DNA of 53,821 nt. Source: a virus. Taxonomy: Duplodnaviria > Caudoviricetes. The translations under genes and the position numbers were made by a program. The stretch covers positions 1-53,821 of the IMG/VR virus record IMGVR_UViG_3300006124_000002, one strand, 5' to 3'. Position 1 is the stretch's first letter. Each line of letters starts with the position of its first letter. Below, in pieces: positions 52,568 through 53,821 of the stretch. A model generated the notes under the pieces. The model did no database searches. It was given only the letters and a program-made list of their open reading frames with translations, and was not told the origin of the DNA.

Positions 52568-52776
52568 ACCCACTATACTCAATCATAACAGCAGGAGCTT
52601 TATACACGACTCCTATCCAAACACAGACCATCTATGTCTCTAACCTATCGGCAACAGATGGCAGGGATTGCGGAGCCTACTACCAGGTCACCACTCTTCC
52701 CCAAATCGTTCCCGTAACTCCAGCAGTTATCCCGTTAGAGCAACCAATCCAAGAACAGGAACACGAAAATGATTAA
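52564..52776 (+). CDS. Hypothetical protein, 70 aa
   Basis: Coupled ORF. Confidence 0.55.
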   Translation: MNPLYSIITAGALYTTPIQTQTIYVSNLSATDGRDCGAYYQVTTLPQIVPVTPAVIPLEQPIQEQEHEND

Positions 52777-52978
52777 GCAACCTAAAACATTAACGACATT
52801 AAAGAAATATCGCTATGGAGTCACCGAGAAGTACCCCAAGGGGTCAGCATATGACCCGGCACTATGCGGTTGGGTAGTCGTTGACGAGAAAGCTAAAACA
52901 AGTTGGCAATGTTCTAGAAAGAATGGTTACGGAAGAGATGGTCTATGGTGCTGTAACCACGGGCCACAGACTATTTGA
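52769..52978 (+). CDS. Hypothetical Cys/His protein, 69 aa
   Basis: C...WQCSRKNGYG..GLWC..H. Confidence 0.6.
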   Translation: MIKQPKTLTTLKKYRYGVTEKYPKGSAYDPALCGWVVVDEKAKTSWQCSRKNGYGRDGLWCCNHGPQTI

Positions 52979-52983
52979 ATCAC

Positions 52984-53703
52984 ATGATCATTACCTCCCA
53001 ACCATTCCTTAACGAACTTGACCAACTAGAAATCAAGTTTGAAACACTAAAAGATGTTGTTGATCTCCATGTTGTATATGAATCTTCAGTAACATTTAGC
53101 GGGGTAAACAAGCCTCTTTACTTTGAGGAGAATAAGGAAAGGTTCTCCAAGTACCCTGTGCATTATATCAATGTTGATCATCTTAATGATAAGACAGAAA
53201 AGATGTACTGTTGGGACAGGGAATATGCTCAACGAGAAGCTGTAATCAATGAGCTAAATAAGATTAATCCAGAGATTGTAATCTTTGGAGATGCTGACGA
53301 AACAGTCAAACCAGAGATGGTTGAGAAATTCAAAAACCTCAAATGCGAAACTGCCAATTTGGAGCTAGATATGCTTCTCTATTATTTCAATCGAAAACAT
53401 ACAGATCCTTGGCCTTATCATCGCATCACCTATTACAGAAATAAAACTCCAGATAGAGGCAACTGGTCATTCCCAAAAATCACAGATGCTGGATGGCACT
53501 TTGAGTATTTTGGTAGTCAGCAAACTCTGTTAGAAAAGATCAATGCAACATCTCATGCCATTGAGACAGGAGGTAGAGAGTTTTATAAACAAGTCAGAAG
53601 GGGAGAGAAACCGGGGATTGAATTATGCTCTGAATATCCCGACCAAAATCTACCTAAATTCGTTTTAGAAAATAAACAACGATTTAAGAATTGGTTTGCT
53701 TAA
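52984..53703 (+). CDS. Glycosyltransferase family 17 (beta-1,4-GlcNAc transferase-like)
   Basis: FLNELDQLEI..ETL.DVVD..V..ES..TFSG..KPLYF, W.RE..QR, GDADE (DxD), GWHFEY. Confidence 0.82.
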   Translation: MIITSQPFLNELDQLEIKFETLKDVVDLHVVYESSVTFSGVNKPLYFEENKERFSKYPVHYINVDHLNDKTEKMYCWDREYAQREAVINELNKINPEIVIFGDADETVKPEMVEKFKNLKCETANLELDMLLYYFNRKHTDPWPYHRITYYRNKTPDRGNWSFPKITDAGWHFEYFGSQQTLLEKINATSHAIETGGREFYKQVRRGEKPGIELCSEYPDQNLPKFVLENKQRFKNWFA

Positions 53704-53821
53704 ACAATGGTTTCTTGAACTTGCCCTCATAGTTCAGCGTTTCCAACTCTAACAAAGGCTTTTTCCTTTCCTGTAACCATTCCCTAGCCAAACGGCAATT
53801 TCTTAAGTTAGATGGGTCACG
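53702..53821. repeat. Second copy of the terminal repeat (= 1-120)
   Basis: Exact match. Confidence 0.95.

Noticed and set aside
53702-53821. 120-bp terminal repeat as a biological direct terminal repeat
   Set aside because: It falls inside a gene that reads through the junction, which fits an assembler overlap of a circular contig better than true virion ends.

Overview
The window is a complete, circularly permuted dsDNA tailed-phage genome of about 53.7 kb; bases 1-120 recur exactly at 53702-53821. The layout is podovirus-like. A minus-strand virion arm (about 30.75 kb to 1) encodes portal, scaffold, major capsid protein, decoration, tail fibre/spike proteins, an embedded lysis cassette, nozzle/adaptor, three ejection proteins (one of 2218 aa), and a glycosyltransferase that crosses the origin and is missing from the ORF track. 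TerL is transcribed divergently on the plus strand; TerS lies 5 kb away on the minus strand. An accessory island (32.7-37.7 kb) holds tRNA-Trp, tRNA-Gln, a pentein (amidinotransferase-family) enzyme, a phosphoesterase, an anti-TRAP-like protein and several apparently structured non-coding RNAs. The plus-strand early/middle arm (38.9-53.7 kb) carries ArdC, a RecT-like/exonuclease/SSB set, a Mom-like DNA modifier, an Rnl2-type RNA ligase and a GT17 enzyme. I recognised no DNA polymerase, primase, helicase, integrase, reverse transcriptase or CRISPR array. Best leads: (1) an ORF array at 48.6-51.5 kb assembled from recurring in-frame DNA repeats, with the RNA ligase as repeat-flanked cargo; (2) a ~240-nt CCA-ending structured RNA that shares a small downstream RNA motif with tRNA-Trp; (3) a ~185-nt RNA with two loops complementary to one site; (4) the pentein/nucleotide-enzyme cluster and the anti-TRAP-like gene. 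All calls come from reading motifs by eye; no searches or folding programs were run.
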